DNA from: a virus
Taxonomy: Duplodnaviria > Caudoviricetes
Reading direction: 5' to 3' (one strand)
IMG/VR virus record: IMGVR_UViG_3300021335_001614
Coordinates: 1-61,594 of that record
DNA: 61,594 nt
Part shown: positions 1 to 12,400 of the stretch, in pieces
Layout of the letters: the number at the start of each line of letters is the position of its first letter
Position numbering within the stretch: the first letter of the stretch is position 1
Made by a program: the position numbers and the translations under genes
Notes under the pieces: model-generated
What the model was told of the DNA's origin: nothing
The model's database searches: none
What the model saw: only the letters and a program-made list of their open reading frames with translations

Positions 1-359
1 TGTACACGTTGACTTGCTCCTTCAATATGACGGACACGTTGCCAGTTATCATGATAATAATCTGCCATACTTTGTCGCCAACGGAACGTCCAGTGATTAA
101 CAAGGAAGCCGTTAAATATTACATTAACAATAATATAGATACCTGCAATGCTGAAAAACTCAAACATGTATCCATAATATTCTTCACTGCTAACAGATCC
201 AGGTTGTGATAATGCACGTTGCAGAGCATCGTAAAATTTACCAAACCATTCGTTAATCTGGACATCTAGTTGCACACTATACCATATAGCAGCAACTATC
301 GTTAGAGTACCTAGTGTACTCCATAGTCTCCAACGACTATCGTAAAAAAATCTAAACAT
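1..359 (-). CDS. sbmA: SbmA/BacA-family peptide transporter, 5' part (runs off the window edge; missing from the ORF track)
   Basis: Manual translation from ATG at 359: MFRFFYDSRWRLWSTLG...VQINEWFGKFYDALQRAL...HWTFRWRQSMADYYHDNWQRVRHIEGASQRV. This matches the SbmA/BacA FRWR..M..YY..NW...RHIEGA.QRV signature. Confidence 0.85.
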   Translation of the reverse strand, partial: MFRFFYDSRWRLWSTLGTLTIVAAIWYSVQLDVQINEWFGKFYDALQRALSQPGSVSSEEYYGYMFEFFSIAGIYIIVNVIFNGFLVNHWTFRWRQSMADYYHDNWQRVRHIEGASQRV

Positions 360-385
360 TTATTTCTCTAAATTAAAAAGCTATG

Positions 386-1027
386 TTAAGTTGCATCAAT
401 TTTTTTTTCTGCAATTAAAACTATGAATTCAGCTTTTGGTCTATATTCTGCATTAATTTCTTCAATCTTAGTTATTTCATTAATATAAAATTTTGTCTTG
501 AATGAAAAAGTATCTATAATTTCAAAGTTAGCAGCAAGTGCTTTAGCTTTAAAGTGTTCGATATTGGTTTTACACATTTCTGGAATTTTTGTTCTTGGAC
601 AAAAATCTGCTAGTAATTCAAATAGCGGATATTCAAAATTATTTTCATGCCATAAACAATGAAATATTTTGCCTTTTGGTTTGAGTTTTTTATTACACTG
701 ATTAAATATAAAATCAATTTCTTTTATCCAATGTAAGCATGCTATTGATACAATTAAATCAAAACAATTGTTATCTAATTGATTCCAGACATTTATGTTG
801 CGTAAATCCCCATGAATAAAATTTTTACTATTAGAAAATTTTTCTCTATCAATTCCAATTATTTCGGTTTGATATTCTAATTCAAAATTAAAATTACCAC
901 AGCCTAACTCTAAACACTTACCATTAGGAATTTTTATTTTTCCTTGTGGATGAACAATATAGCCATTGTCTATCCCACAGCTCTTTTCTGAAAATATTTT
1001 TTTAATTTTATTATGTATTTTTTTCAA
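386..1027 (-). CDS. class I SAM-dependent methyltransferase
   Basis: Motif I LELGCG and FDLIVSIACLHWI...LKPKG; very AT-rich; start codon uncertain (TTG). Confidence 0.75.
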   Translation of the reverse strand: MKKIHNKIKKIFSEKSCGIDNGYIVHPQGKIKIPNGKCLELGCGNFNFELEYQTEIIGIDREKFSNSKNFIHGDLRNINVWNQLDNNCFDLIVSIACLHWIKEIDFIFNQCNKKLKPKGKIFHCLWHENNFEYPLFELLADFCPRTKIPEMCKTNIEHFKAKALAANFEIIDTFSFKTKFYINEITKIEEINAEYRPKAEFIVLIAEKKIDAT

Positions 1028-1064
1028 ATTTTTTCAATCGTTTTTTTTAAAAATTCTAAACATT

Positions 1065-3732
<2,668 letters not shown>

Positions 3733-3758
<26 letters not shown>

Positions 3759-4149
3759 CTTCTCTAATGTATCTTAATAGTTCTTTATCTTGTACATTGG
3801 CTGGAATATTATTTTTATAAAAAATTTCGTAACTGTCGCTTCCGTACTTACCAATACCGTGTAGGTCTTTAGCGTTGTTTTGATCCCATGTTAGGAAGTC
3901 TTGCGACATACGGAATAAACGTTTTGTACGAACTTCTCCCATACCTAGTGGACTTACAAGTTCTTTTACTGTATCAAAGTCTGCTTGTAAAAATTGTTCC
4001 GGAGTACTCCACTGAGAAAAAAATTCAGGTAGTACACGTTTTACCTGCTTGCGATTAGTAAGATTTAAGCAGATAACACCTACCATGTGTTGCCATTTGT
4101 TAGCAACCTGCTGCTGTACCATAAGTTCATCTACCATATTTCCCCACAT
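3733..4149 (-). CDS. MBD4-like HhH-GPD DNA glycosylase (probable start 4137)
   Basis: WQHMVGVICLNLT...LGM...R...LHGIGKYGSDSYEIF closely follows the MBD4 catalytic domain (LHGIGKYGNDSYRIF). Confidence 0.8.
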
Positions 4150-4690
4150 CTTCCCAAGGATAAACTAACCATACATCCTCTTCTGCTTTGTTTACAGTGT
4201 CTGCATAGTAGTTTACAAGTTCAAAGTTGCTAGACAAGTTTTCAGTAAGCACAGCAAATCTTACACTATTACCCCAGATCTCTTTCCAAGCAACATCACC
4301 CGGAACACAACTACTTTGCCAATCTGTAACAATCCAGTCAAACGTTTTTCCCGAGTCGTTAATATCGTCTACGATTAAGATTTTTTTACGTTTTTCTGCA
4401 ATGCTACCTGTTACGCTGTCAAAATAACCTTCGGTAGGTATAACACCATATCCATATGCATCTTCTGCCATCCAGCAATTGCTTTCTGTGTATAATCCAT
4501 TATCTCGGAAGTTTACTTGTAGTGTGTCAGCAGGAATGTTTGTCATATTGCTGATTATTGTAGCAGGTACATTACCTCCACGGGTAAGACCTACTATATA
4601 ATCAGGCCGCCAATTATCTGCATACAGTTGATTTACAATTTGTATGCACATTGTTTCAATATCATTCCACGAATAATATTTCTTTTTCAT
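4127..4690 (-). CDS. type I phosphoribosyltransferase (Gpt/purine PRT-like)
   Basis: IVGLTRGG, PRPP-binding ILIVDDINDSGKT, C-terminal WLVYPWE. Confidence 0.85.
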   Translation of the reverse strand: MKKKYYSWNDIETMCIQIVNQLYADNWRPDYIVGLTRGGNVPATIISNMTNIPADTLQVNFRDNGLYTESNCWMAEDAYGYGVIPTEGYFDSVTGSIAEKRKKILIVDDINDSGKTFDWIVTDWQSSCVPGDVAWKEIWGNSVRFAVLTENLSSNFELVNYYADTVNKAEEDVWLVYPWEDVGKYGR

Positions 4691-4998
4691 TATGCCTTTT
4701 TATTTTTAGATTTGTAATCAGCTTTTACTAAGTCGTATATTTGTCGGAAATTTCGATAAGCCTTATCTAATGCAGGATATTCTTTAGCCATTTTTTCAAC
4801 TTCACCTGTATTAATAAGTTCATTAAATGTAACAGTGTTATCCCAGATAGTAGTGCTATAAGTAAAGCTATCTGGGTTGACTAAGGAAGTATTATCTGCC
4901 ATTGTATCATAGGTTAAAACTTGTGATTCTTGATCGTCTAACGGTATAGTTATTGTCACAGGTTTGTTATAATTGTATTCTGGATTTACTTTATTCAT
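4690..4998 (-). CDS. hypothetical protein
   Basis: Stop/start overlaps with both neighbours. Confidence 0.6.
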   Translation of the reverse strand: MNKVNPEYNYNKPVTITIPLDDQESQVLTYDTMADNTSLVNPDSFTYSTTIWDNTVTFNELINTGEVEKMAKEYPALDKAYRNFRQIYDLVKADYKSKNKKA

Positions 4999-6059
4999 TT
5001 TAATGCATTATAAAGACGTGTACCAGAAAAGAATTTATTTTCTAAAAATTCTTTTTGTTCAATTATTTGTCCTTTATACTTACTATAGTTTTCCATGAAA
5101 TGTAATATTCTCTCCATTAAACTAATTTTATATTCTTTATAGGTATCAAAACTAGCAGTCCACGCACTAGGATATTTAAAATCATCTTGCGCCATTTCTT
5201 TGTAACTCAATCTATCTGGAACCATAGGAATACAATCTACAAGTAATCCTTCATACCAACTGATTCCTAAAGTTTCTTGTAAGTTTGCACTAAAAACAAT
5301 TTTAGCTCGTCCTAATAATTCATGATACTCTTTTTTAGTTAATTTTTTATCTTGGCAAGTTACAAATTCATATTGTGGTAAAGATTCTTTTAGGTCTAAG
5401 AAAATATCATGTTGTTTTTCTGGAGCAATTCTGTGCGGAAAAACTATAATATTTTCTTTCTGTCGGCCTCTATTACCAAACATACTGTCATGTAAATATT
5501 CCATTGGCCAACCGACACGTTTGATTTTATGTAATTTTTGTTCATCTATTTCAGCTGTGTCTTTCCAAAATGTTTCAGTAAATAAATCAATATGAAATTC
5601 TGTTGCAAAAAAATTGTCATCGTAGCATTCATACATGCTCATTTCTGCATGTCTGACCCACGGAGAATCACCAATTAGTCTACCTAAGAAATCATGGTGA
5701 TCATATGATCCAGCATGCCACATACCGCCAATTTTGATTTTATAGCCTAAAAGTTCAGCCATATATTTTAATTGAATAACAGTAGGATTCCATGCATCAG
5801 TATACAAGAAATAATCCCCGTCTTGTATTTCATTATTACAAAACATTTCTGCAATTATTTCTTGTTGTTTACTTTTGTAGACATTAGTACCACCAAAATT
5901 TAAAAAAGCTCCAGGAGTAGTATCTTGAGGAATTTCACCTCCGCTAATTGTTATAACAGATGCGCCGGTAGCTTTTTCAATTTGTTTAGGAAGCCAGTCT
6001 TTCCATTGTTTAGTATATCTAGTTTCAACAGCTTCTAAGTCAACTATATAGATAGTCAT
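4995..6059 (-). CDS. GT-B fold glycosyltransferase (Glycos_transf_1; GTDC1/QTMAN-like motifs)
   Basis: IVFPHRIAPEK and ETLGISWYEG (EX7E), PDRLSYKEM. Confidence 0.8.
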   Translation of the reverse strand: MTIYIVDLEAVETRYTKQWKDWLPKQIEKATGASVITISGGEIPQDTTPGAFLNFGGTNVYKSKQQEIIAEMFCNNEIQDGDYFLYTDAWNPTVIQLKYMAELLGYKIKIGGMWHAGSYDHHDFLGRLIGDSPWVRHAEMSMYECYDDNFFATEFHIDLFTETFWKDTAEIDEQKLHKIKRVGWPMEYLHDSMFGNRGRQKENIIVFPHRIAPEKQHDIFLDLKESLPQYEFVTCQDKKLTKKEYHELLGRAKIVFSANLQETLGISWYEGLLVDCIPMVPDRLSYKEMAQDDFKYPSAWTASFDTYKEYKISLMERILHFMENYSKYKGQIIEQKEFLENKFFSGTRLYNALK

Positions 6060-6060
6060 C

Positions 6061-6234
6061 TTACCCTTTATTTTTACTGTTATACTTCTGCCAAATTAAG
6101 TAACTTTCCCATACTCGGTCGCCTTTTTTATATAAACTAGATTCATGGAAGGGTTTCCCTTCAAATCTACAATAATCGCGAAATGCATCTAAATCATCAA
6201 AAATTTTTCGAATAAGTGGATCTTTAATTGCCAT
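6061..6234 (-). CDS. small hypothetical protein, 57 aa (missing from the ORF track)
   Basis: MAIKDPLIRKIFDDLDAFRDYCRFEGKPFHESSLYKKGDRVWESYLIWQKYNSKNKG* fills the intergenic gap exactly. Confidence 0.7.
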   Translation of the reverse strand: MAIKDPLIRKIFDDLDAFRDYCRFEGKPFHESSLYKKGDRVWESYLIWQKYNSKNKG

Positions 6235-6236
6235 TT

Positions 6237-6623
6237 TTATTTCTCTTCATAGTCGTTATAAATTATTTGACAGCCATTTTCGCCGTCTTCTGCAACATCA
6301 ATTACAACAAATCGACCTGGGTATTTTGTATGAATTTGTTCATACAATTCGTCCGCAATCATTTCACAACTTTTATAGTCTAACTGTACTGTTCCTGTGT
6401 TATACAGATTTTCACACCAACGCTTAAATTGTATAAATTCAATTTCTCGATCATCATGGAATACTTCAATTTGAACTTTAAAATGAAAAATGTGTCTATG
6501 TGGATGACCTAAAAAACTTACATCATATTCATCACCTGTTGCTAGATTAGGATCTGTTAATGCTGCAGGATACTGATGAATTCCTTCTTTTTTAAAAGTT
6601 ACCCAAATACTTCGTTTACTCAT
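6237..6623 (-). CDS. QueD-like (6-pyruvoyl-tetrahydropterin synthase / T-fold) protein
   Basis: EGIH, metal-binding HPHRHIFHF, SCEMIA, V.V.ED.ENG. Start placed at MSKRS (6623). Confidence 0.65.
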   Translation of the reverse strand: MSKRSIWVTFKKEGIHQYPAALTDPNLATGDEYDVSFLGHPHRHIFHFKVQIEVFHDDREIEFIQFKRWCENLYNTGTVQLDYKSCEMIADELYEQIHTKYPGRFVVIDVAEDGENGCQIIYNDYEEK

Positions 6624-6634
6624 AATACCTTTAT

Positions 6635-7162
6635 TTATTTTAAAATTGTGTCTTGAGTGTAATCTTTCCATTTTGTAAATTTATCACTCGCCATTAAGTC
6701 ATGTAATCTATGACACCATACTCCGGGATTAGAAACATTAAAAGAAGTGTCATCTATTTTAATCATTGTATTGTAATTCCATAATTTAACATATGGTACA
6801 GGTATTCTAAGTTGCGGAATAAAGTTATTAAACTCACATAGTCCACCCTCGTTAAATTGTTCTATTGCATTAAAAGGAATATCTAAACTGCACAGATGTC
6901 CTTCTTTTAGAAAGTGTTCTACCATCTGTTCCCATTGATCCCAATCTTCTGGTGTTTGTGGATTAAACGAATGATTAGCACCAAAGAAAATGTGTTCTGC
7001 TTTAAGTTTTCCTGCAGCATTAGTAATGTCTAATATAGGTTGTATTCCTACAACAAATAATGTATTCATTAAATAAGCAGGAGTTTTTTCTACTTCTCTA
7101 CCATAAAAGAATCTAACATTATCTCTATTTAACTTTTCGTTACTATAGTTTCTGTCCATCAT
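6635..7162 (-). CDS. hypothetical protein in the base-modification cluster
   Basis: Lies between the TGT-like and QueD-like genes and overlaps the TGT-like stop. Confidence 0.7.
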   Translation of the reverse strand: MMDRNYSNEKLNRDNVRFFYGREVEKTPAYLMNTLFVVGIQPILDITNAAGKLKAEHIFFGANHSFNPQTPEDWDQWEQMVEHFLKEGHLCSLDIPFNAIEQFNEGGLCEFNNFIPQLRIPVPYVKLWNYNTMIKIDDTSFNVSNPGVWCHRLHDLMASDKFTKWKDYTQDTILK

Positions 7163-8703
7163 ACCTCTTCAATATGTTCGTTATATTTTGTGATTGGATT
7201 AGTCATCTTTTTACCTACAGCGCCTCTTGTGCCGATAATAGTGTCTAAAAATGGTCTGTAATCGTCACAAATTTTATTTGCTTTTTCTTTATCATCAGTT
7301 GAGAATATTTCTTCAACTACTTCACGAAAAGCAATCTTCTCAAATTTTTCATGCAGTAACATAGAAGGAAAAATTCCTGCATCATATTTCCGATTTGCTT
7401 CTTGTACTGCGTTTATATGCATCCAAACATTATGACCCATCATCAATGCATAGCTAAAACTATCCCAGCTAGTTGAATCTTTATCTCTAATAATAGGATT
7501 GCCGTCTTTATCTAATTTTATAGATCCATCTTTGTTTAATTCTGGATCTCCAGCAAGTACTTTGATAGCACCAACTTTATTTTTATCACCTATGTTATAC
7601 ACACAAATGTCATTTGTAAGTAATTTATCAGAAATAGGACTATCCATAAATGATGTATGATTACCTTCTCTAACAAATGCTTTTCCGAATGGAGTAGTAT
7701 CAGTTGCTAAATGCAAACTGTCTATGCTAGGAACCATTCTATAAACCCATTTTGATCTATCATCAGTTTCTAGTTCACAATAAATTTGACCATTAGCAGT
7801 TGCTAAAAACGGACTTGCACAATCAAATGTTATTGTGAAATTTTCATTATGATGTTTTCTAATTGCTCTTTGTACATCTGTTAGTAACGCAGCCCACTCA
7901 AGTTTACTTGTACCTAAGAAATGCATTACATCATGTGTACCTTTTTCTAGCAAACCATCATATCTTAATGCTATAAGTCTTTTAAGTGCTAAGTGTATAT
8001 CACACATATTTTGTCCGCCCATACTCCAACCATTAAAGTGATTAGAAGGATATTTTTTTGGATCACAATAGTCTTTCATTTGTTGATACCAATCCTCTGC
8101 TTCTGTATGGTTTTCACCTTGTAACACATTTAAAAATTTACAAGCACTTGATCTATTTTTTAAAAAATAATTGTTATTAATTCTTGTTGCATCGACTGCT
8201 TGTTGGTAAGTGGTAACTCCTGTAGCTTTTTTTCCTTCGTCACTTCTAGCTACCCAGGCAGGAATGTCTAGTATCATTCCATAATCCATGTATTTGTCCA
8301 TCCAGCGCAAAACGTCATTTCGTTTCTTACTAGCTTTAGGACAACTAGGATCTTTCCAGTCGCCTTCCCAAACACCTTTACCTATTTGGAACCCACCACT
8401 GTCACCAAGTACCCAAGTATCTTCTCGGTTTCGATTCCTTATCATATCTTCGTTTGGGTCATCTTTCGTTATATCCAAGTTTGCATGACCTGCAGAATAC
8501 AGTGTCCACTTATAATAAAACTTGCCTTCTTGTTTATTAATGTAGTTTAAACTTTCGACACCGTTGTTTAAATGTTTAGGAATCCTTGTTTTATCAACAT
8601 AGTCTTCAAATCTTTGTTTGCCCACAAATGTAGCATAGAATCCGCTAAGTGCAGGCAAGAATACTGCATAATCTTTTTGTGTGTTTGTTAAATTTGTGTT
8701 CAT
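7159..8703 (-). CDS. TGT-superfamily guanine transglycosylase (DpdA-like)
   Basis: DSGGFQ, LDIP, VLQG, MGG, HFLG, FDCASP and HN motifs occur in TGT order; no CxCxxC zinc site. Confidence 0.8.
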   Translation of the reverse strand: MNTNLTNTQKDYAVFLPALSGFYATFVGKQRFEDYVDKTRIPKHLNNGVESLNYINKQEGKFYYKWTLYSAGHANLDITKDDPNEDMIRNRNREDTWVLGDSGGFQIGKGVWEGDWKDPSCPKASKKRNDVLRWMDKYMDYGMILDIPAWVARSDEGKKATGVTTYQQAVDATRINNNYFLKNRSSACKFLNVLQGENHTEAEDWYQQMKDYCDPKKYPSNHFNGWSMGGQNMCDIHLALKRLIALRYDGLLEKGTHDVMHFLGTSKLEWAALLTDVQRAIRKHHNENFTITFDCASPFLATANGQIYCELETDDRSKWVYRMVPSIDSLHLATDTTPFGKAFVREGNHTSFMDSPISDKLLTNDICVYNIGDKNKVGAIKVLAGDPELNKDGSIKLDKDGNPIIRDKDSTSWDSFSYALMMGHNVWMHINAVQEANRKYDAGIFPSMLLHEKFEKIAFREVVEEIFSTDDKEKANKICDDYRPFLDTIIGTRGAVGKKMTNPITKYNEHIEEV

Positions 8704-9434
8704 TATTTTGTTTGACAAGGAATGATGTAATCATAAGTAGCTAATCCGCTATCTACTGAAATTTTCATCACACCTGTATCTGAAATACTTATAGTAGAAT
8801 TTCCTGATAAACTTAAAATGCTTTGAACTTCTTGCACAGGATAGCTTTTTTGAGTAGTTAAATTGCCACCAGCTTTGTGTTTGAATACAAATTCACCTTC
8901 GTGCGTCACGCTATCGCCAAATGAAAATATAAGATTACCATTATCTGATTTTACGTTAAAATGTAAATTTTCAGAGTGAACAGCACTCATTAGTTTCATT
9001 CTTGTGATACTTGCTACAGGTGGTTCAAATTCAACACCCCACTGAGCACCTTTAAATCTTACACTTTTTAAATTCTTTTCAATAATATCTTTGTTAATAA
9101 ACTTGTACTCATTTTTAAAATCTCCAATGACATTTTCAAAGTATAATCCAGCTGGATATTCTTCGTCATTTTTTGATTTGCGTACTACTTCAATTTTAGC
9201 ATCTTCTTTATATTCAGGACTTTTTAGTAACAAGTTTAATTTATCTAAATTCCCCATACCAAATATTCCATCGAATTCATTAATTCGATCATGAGTGGTG
9301 CCAAATAAAATTACACCTCTATTTTCTGTAATGCTGTTAATAGATGTTGAAGTAGAGTCTGTTGAAATTTTTAGTGTATTTAAAAATCCTAATCCATGTG
9401 TGTGTGATACGATGTCTTGTAAAATATCTTGCAT
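8703..9434 (-). CDS. probable DNA polymerase sliding clamp (gp45-like)
   Basis: 243 aa; FGMGNLDKL and a C-terminal beta-strand pattern (MKISVDSGLATYDYII); near polB, with a clamp loader in the same window. Confidence 0.6.
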   Translation of the reverse strand: MQDILQDIVSHTHGLGFLNTLKISTDSTSTSINSITENRGVILFGTTHDRINEFDGIFGMGNLDKLNLLLKSPEYKEDAKIEVVRKSKNDEEYPAGLYFENVIGDFKNEYKFINKDIIEKNLKSVRFKGAQWGVEFEPPVASITRMKLMSAVHSENLHFNVKSDNGNLIFSFGDSVTHEGEFVFKHKAGGNLTTQKSYPVQEVQSILSLSGNSTISISDTGVMKISVDSGLATYDYIIPCQTK

Positions 9435-9449
9435 TTATCCTTTATAGTT

Positions 9450-12400
9450 TTAAGTTTTTTCTGTTCCTTGTAGTATATAATTGTATATACCATTTGGGCT
9501 CTTTACAGTTATCATTAAACGGCCTTCGTCGGAAATTCGCATAACCTTGTTACCGTCTAACAATTGAATGGCTAAAATTTGAGGCACGTTGTACGTCCAA
9601 CGTTTATCTAAGTAGCTAACAGGCATCAGGTACGAATCTCGTTCATTTATAAATATTTTAACTTGATTTTCTGCTCCTGTCAAGATCGGATTGTTTTTTA
9701 TGCTGTTAATTAAATCTTGGCGTATTTCGAAAGCGTACACATATTTTTTATCTAATTCTGTAAGCGATACTGGTCGCCTTAGATCAAAACCTCTTACTAC
9801 ATTCTGATCAGAATATTGCGGAGTTACTGGAGGCAATGCTGGCGGTACTGAAATATTGCCAGCCATGTGTGTATGACGTGGGCAATAGTAATAATATGTG
9901 TTATTTTCTTCTACAGTCCAATTTACAGTGGCAGTACCATTTCCGTATGATCCTGGTGCCGGGTATCTTGTCTTCTTTTCTAGTTTAGTTTTTATCCAAA
10001 AAGGATGAACAACAGGCGAATCTACAATAAATTGGACTTTATCTCCTACATCAAATGTTAAAGATGGCATTATTTCTAAGTTAAAAGTACCATTTTTATC
10101 TTCACCTGTCATGACAAAGTTTTCCTGGTCAACAGTCACAGTAATTATGTAGTCTGGTGTAAATCCAGGTGACCATGCATTTCTTCCATAAATGTAATCA
10201 TTTTCTTCATAATAGTATGGAGCCCATAAAGTTGAATCCTGTGGGAAAGGTAAGTTTACGTCATTAAAAATATGTTCATAGGGAAGTTCATTTGGAATAG
10301 GATCTAAATCTGGATGATATAAATTTTGCCGTGTATATATGACAGGCGGTTTGCCTATGCTTGATAAGTTTTGTGCAGAATAACTGCTGAATACAAATCC
10401 ATTTCCTGTGTCGTGTCGTATAAAAAATTCATTAGGTGTGTCATAGAACTTTAGTACCTCGCCGTCTAAAGTATCTGTAATTTGTAATCTTCGGTTATTT
10501 AATATATTTTTAATAAAATACTGTTGATTAGTAGATAACGTTGCCGCAGTAACTGCGGTAGGATCATTATAAGATTCAAATTGTATTGGCATATTCAATC
10601 TGAACCAACCTGTATCGTCAACTTCTAATTCATTTGCTTCATGGTAGATGAAAAATTCAAAATTGCTATATGGCACAGGTTTAACAGGACCACCTATAGT
10701 TTCGCTTATAGTGAATTCTAATCTTACAAAATCCATTTTCATTTCAAATTCAAAATTGCTGTATGGTAATAGCAACTGTTCACCGTCTGGTTCTGCTGAC
10801 AGTGTAAAAAATCCGTCTTTATATACGTCTTTTATATAATATTTTTTAAAAGGATCAGGTGTAACAGGATCTTCTAGTTCGGCTTCTACTAATGCGCCAG
10901 TAGAGTCTGGTAAATTTGAAAAGTAAACTTCAAGTCCTGGATATAAAACATCTATAAATTCTTTGTCAGCAGGCACATCTAACGATAAAATTCCGTCACT
11001 ATCTATACCAGTGACTAAAAATGATTCTTCTCCATCATAAAACTTTGTTATTTCTTTTACATAATACGTTTGTAAAGGATCTAGTTCTGCTTGTAATAAT
11101 GCATCAGTAGAATCAGGGGGATTCCTAAATTTAACAGGCATGTTAGGTTCTAAGTATTTCCATAATTCTTTTCCATCAGTTTGTGCATATGAAGAATTAA
11201 AATCAAAAATTTGATAGATATTTAGGTCAACGGTCAAAAATAGTTCAAAATTTGTAAACGGTAATATATGAGCAGGTCCCCCTACTGAGTCAGAGAAAGT
11301 GAACCTTTCGCAATCTAATATTTCTTTCACATAGTATGTAGAAGTTGGATCTAATCCAGCAGCTACTACAGCATCTGCACTATCTGGAGGACTACTGAAC
11401 CGTATAGGATTGTTTACTTTTAAAATAGAAGTATCTTCTATAGTAATAATGTCATTTTCCTCATCAAGGAATGGTCCTATAAAATAGTTTCTATAAGGCA
11501 CTTGCCTATATATAGTATTAGTGTATTCAGCAAATGTTCTTGTTATAGTTTTGAATTCATCAATAATTCTAGGAATATATGTTCCTTTTATGTTTTGTTC
11601 CCAGGTTATCTTACCAAAATTAGGATTATCTTCACCAAAATAAAATTCTAAATCATGTTCAGCAAATACATTTGATGCGGTTACGATCCTTGCTAAAAAA
11701 TCAAAATTTGAATAAGGAAGTAATAATTGATTGCCGTTCAAAGTATCTGAGATAGTGAAAGATCCGTTGCTGAATGATGTAAGAACATAATAAATGGTAT
11801 TTGGTAATAATCCAACACCTGACAATGCATTTGATGAATCGCTAGGATTGCTAAAAATTAATTTTGTACCAGGAGATACTATTAATGTATCACTTAACAA
11901 TCTACTATTATTGTCAATGCCAGAGATAATATTTGTATTTTTATTATTAGTGTATAAATCAAATGTTACGTAATCTACATACGCAAGCGCCATTAGATTA
12001 AATCTAGATTTTTGTAATTCAGTAAGATTAAGGCTAAAGTTCCAAAGACTATTTTTAAAGTCGATCATTTCATGTTGTGACGGGACGACGGTTCTATCTA
12101 TTAACTGCCATTCATCTTTAAATGTAGGATTGTCAAAATTTAATTTTGTACTAACAAATTCATTGTTTTCGTCTACATTGGTAACAATGATATTATTGTC
12201 AGTTGGATATTCTTGTAAATTTTCTAAATAATTGAATAGTTTGTAAAGATCAACCATGCCAAACTCAGCATTAAAATCAGATATTTTTTCATCTGTTCTA
12301 GCATCTAGATATACTACTTTATCTTCAGTGACACCTTCTATAAAAGTTTGATCTTGGATTATTTCGAAGCTTGTTGTTATTGCATTAGAAAAATGCAAAA

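Noticed and set aside
1034-1063. TGA readthrough or an alternative genetic code
   Set aside because: This is a single case; recognisable genes are intact under the standard code and many end in TGA with ATGA overlaps.
7159-8703. Canonical bacterial tgt symbol
   Set aside because: It lacks the CxCxxC zinc site and has HFLG; the substrate (DNA or tRNA) cannot be fixed from sequence.
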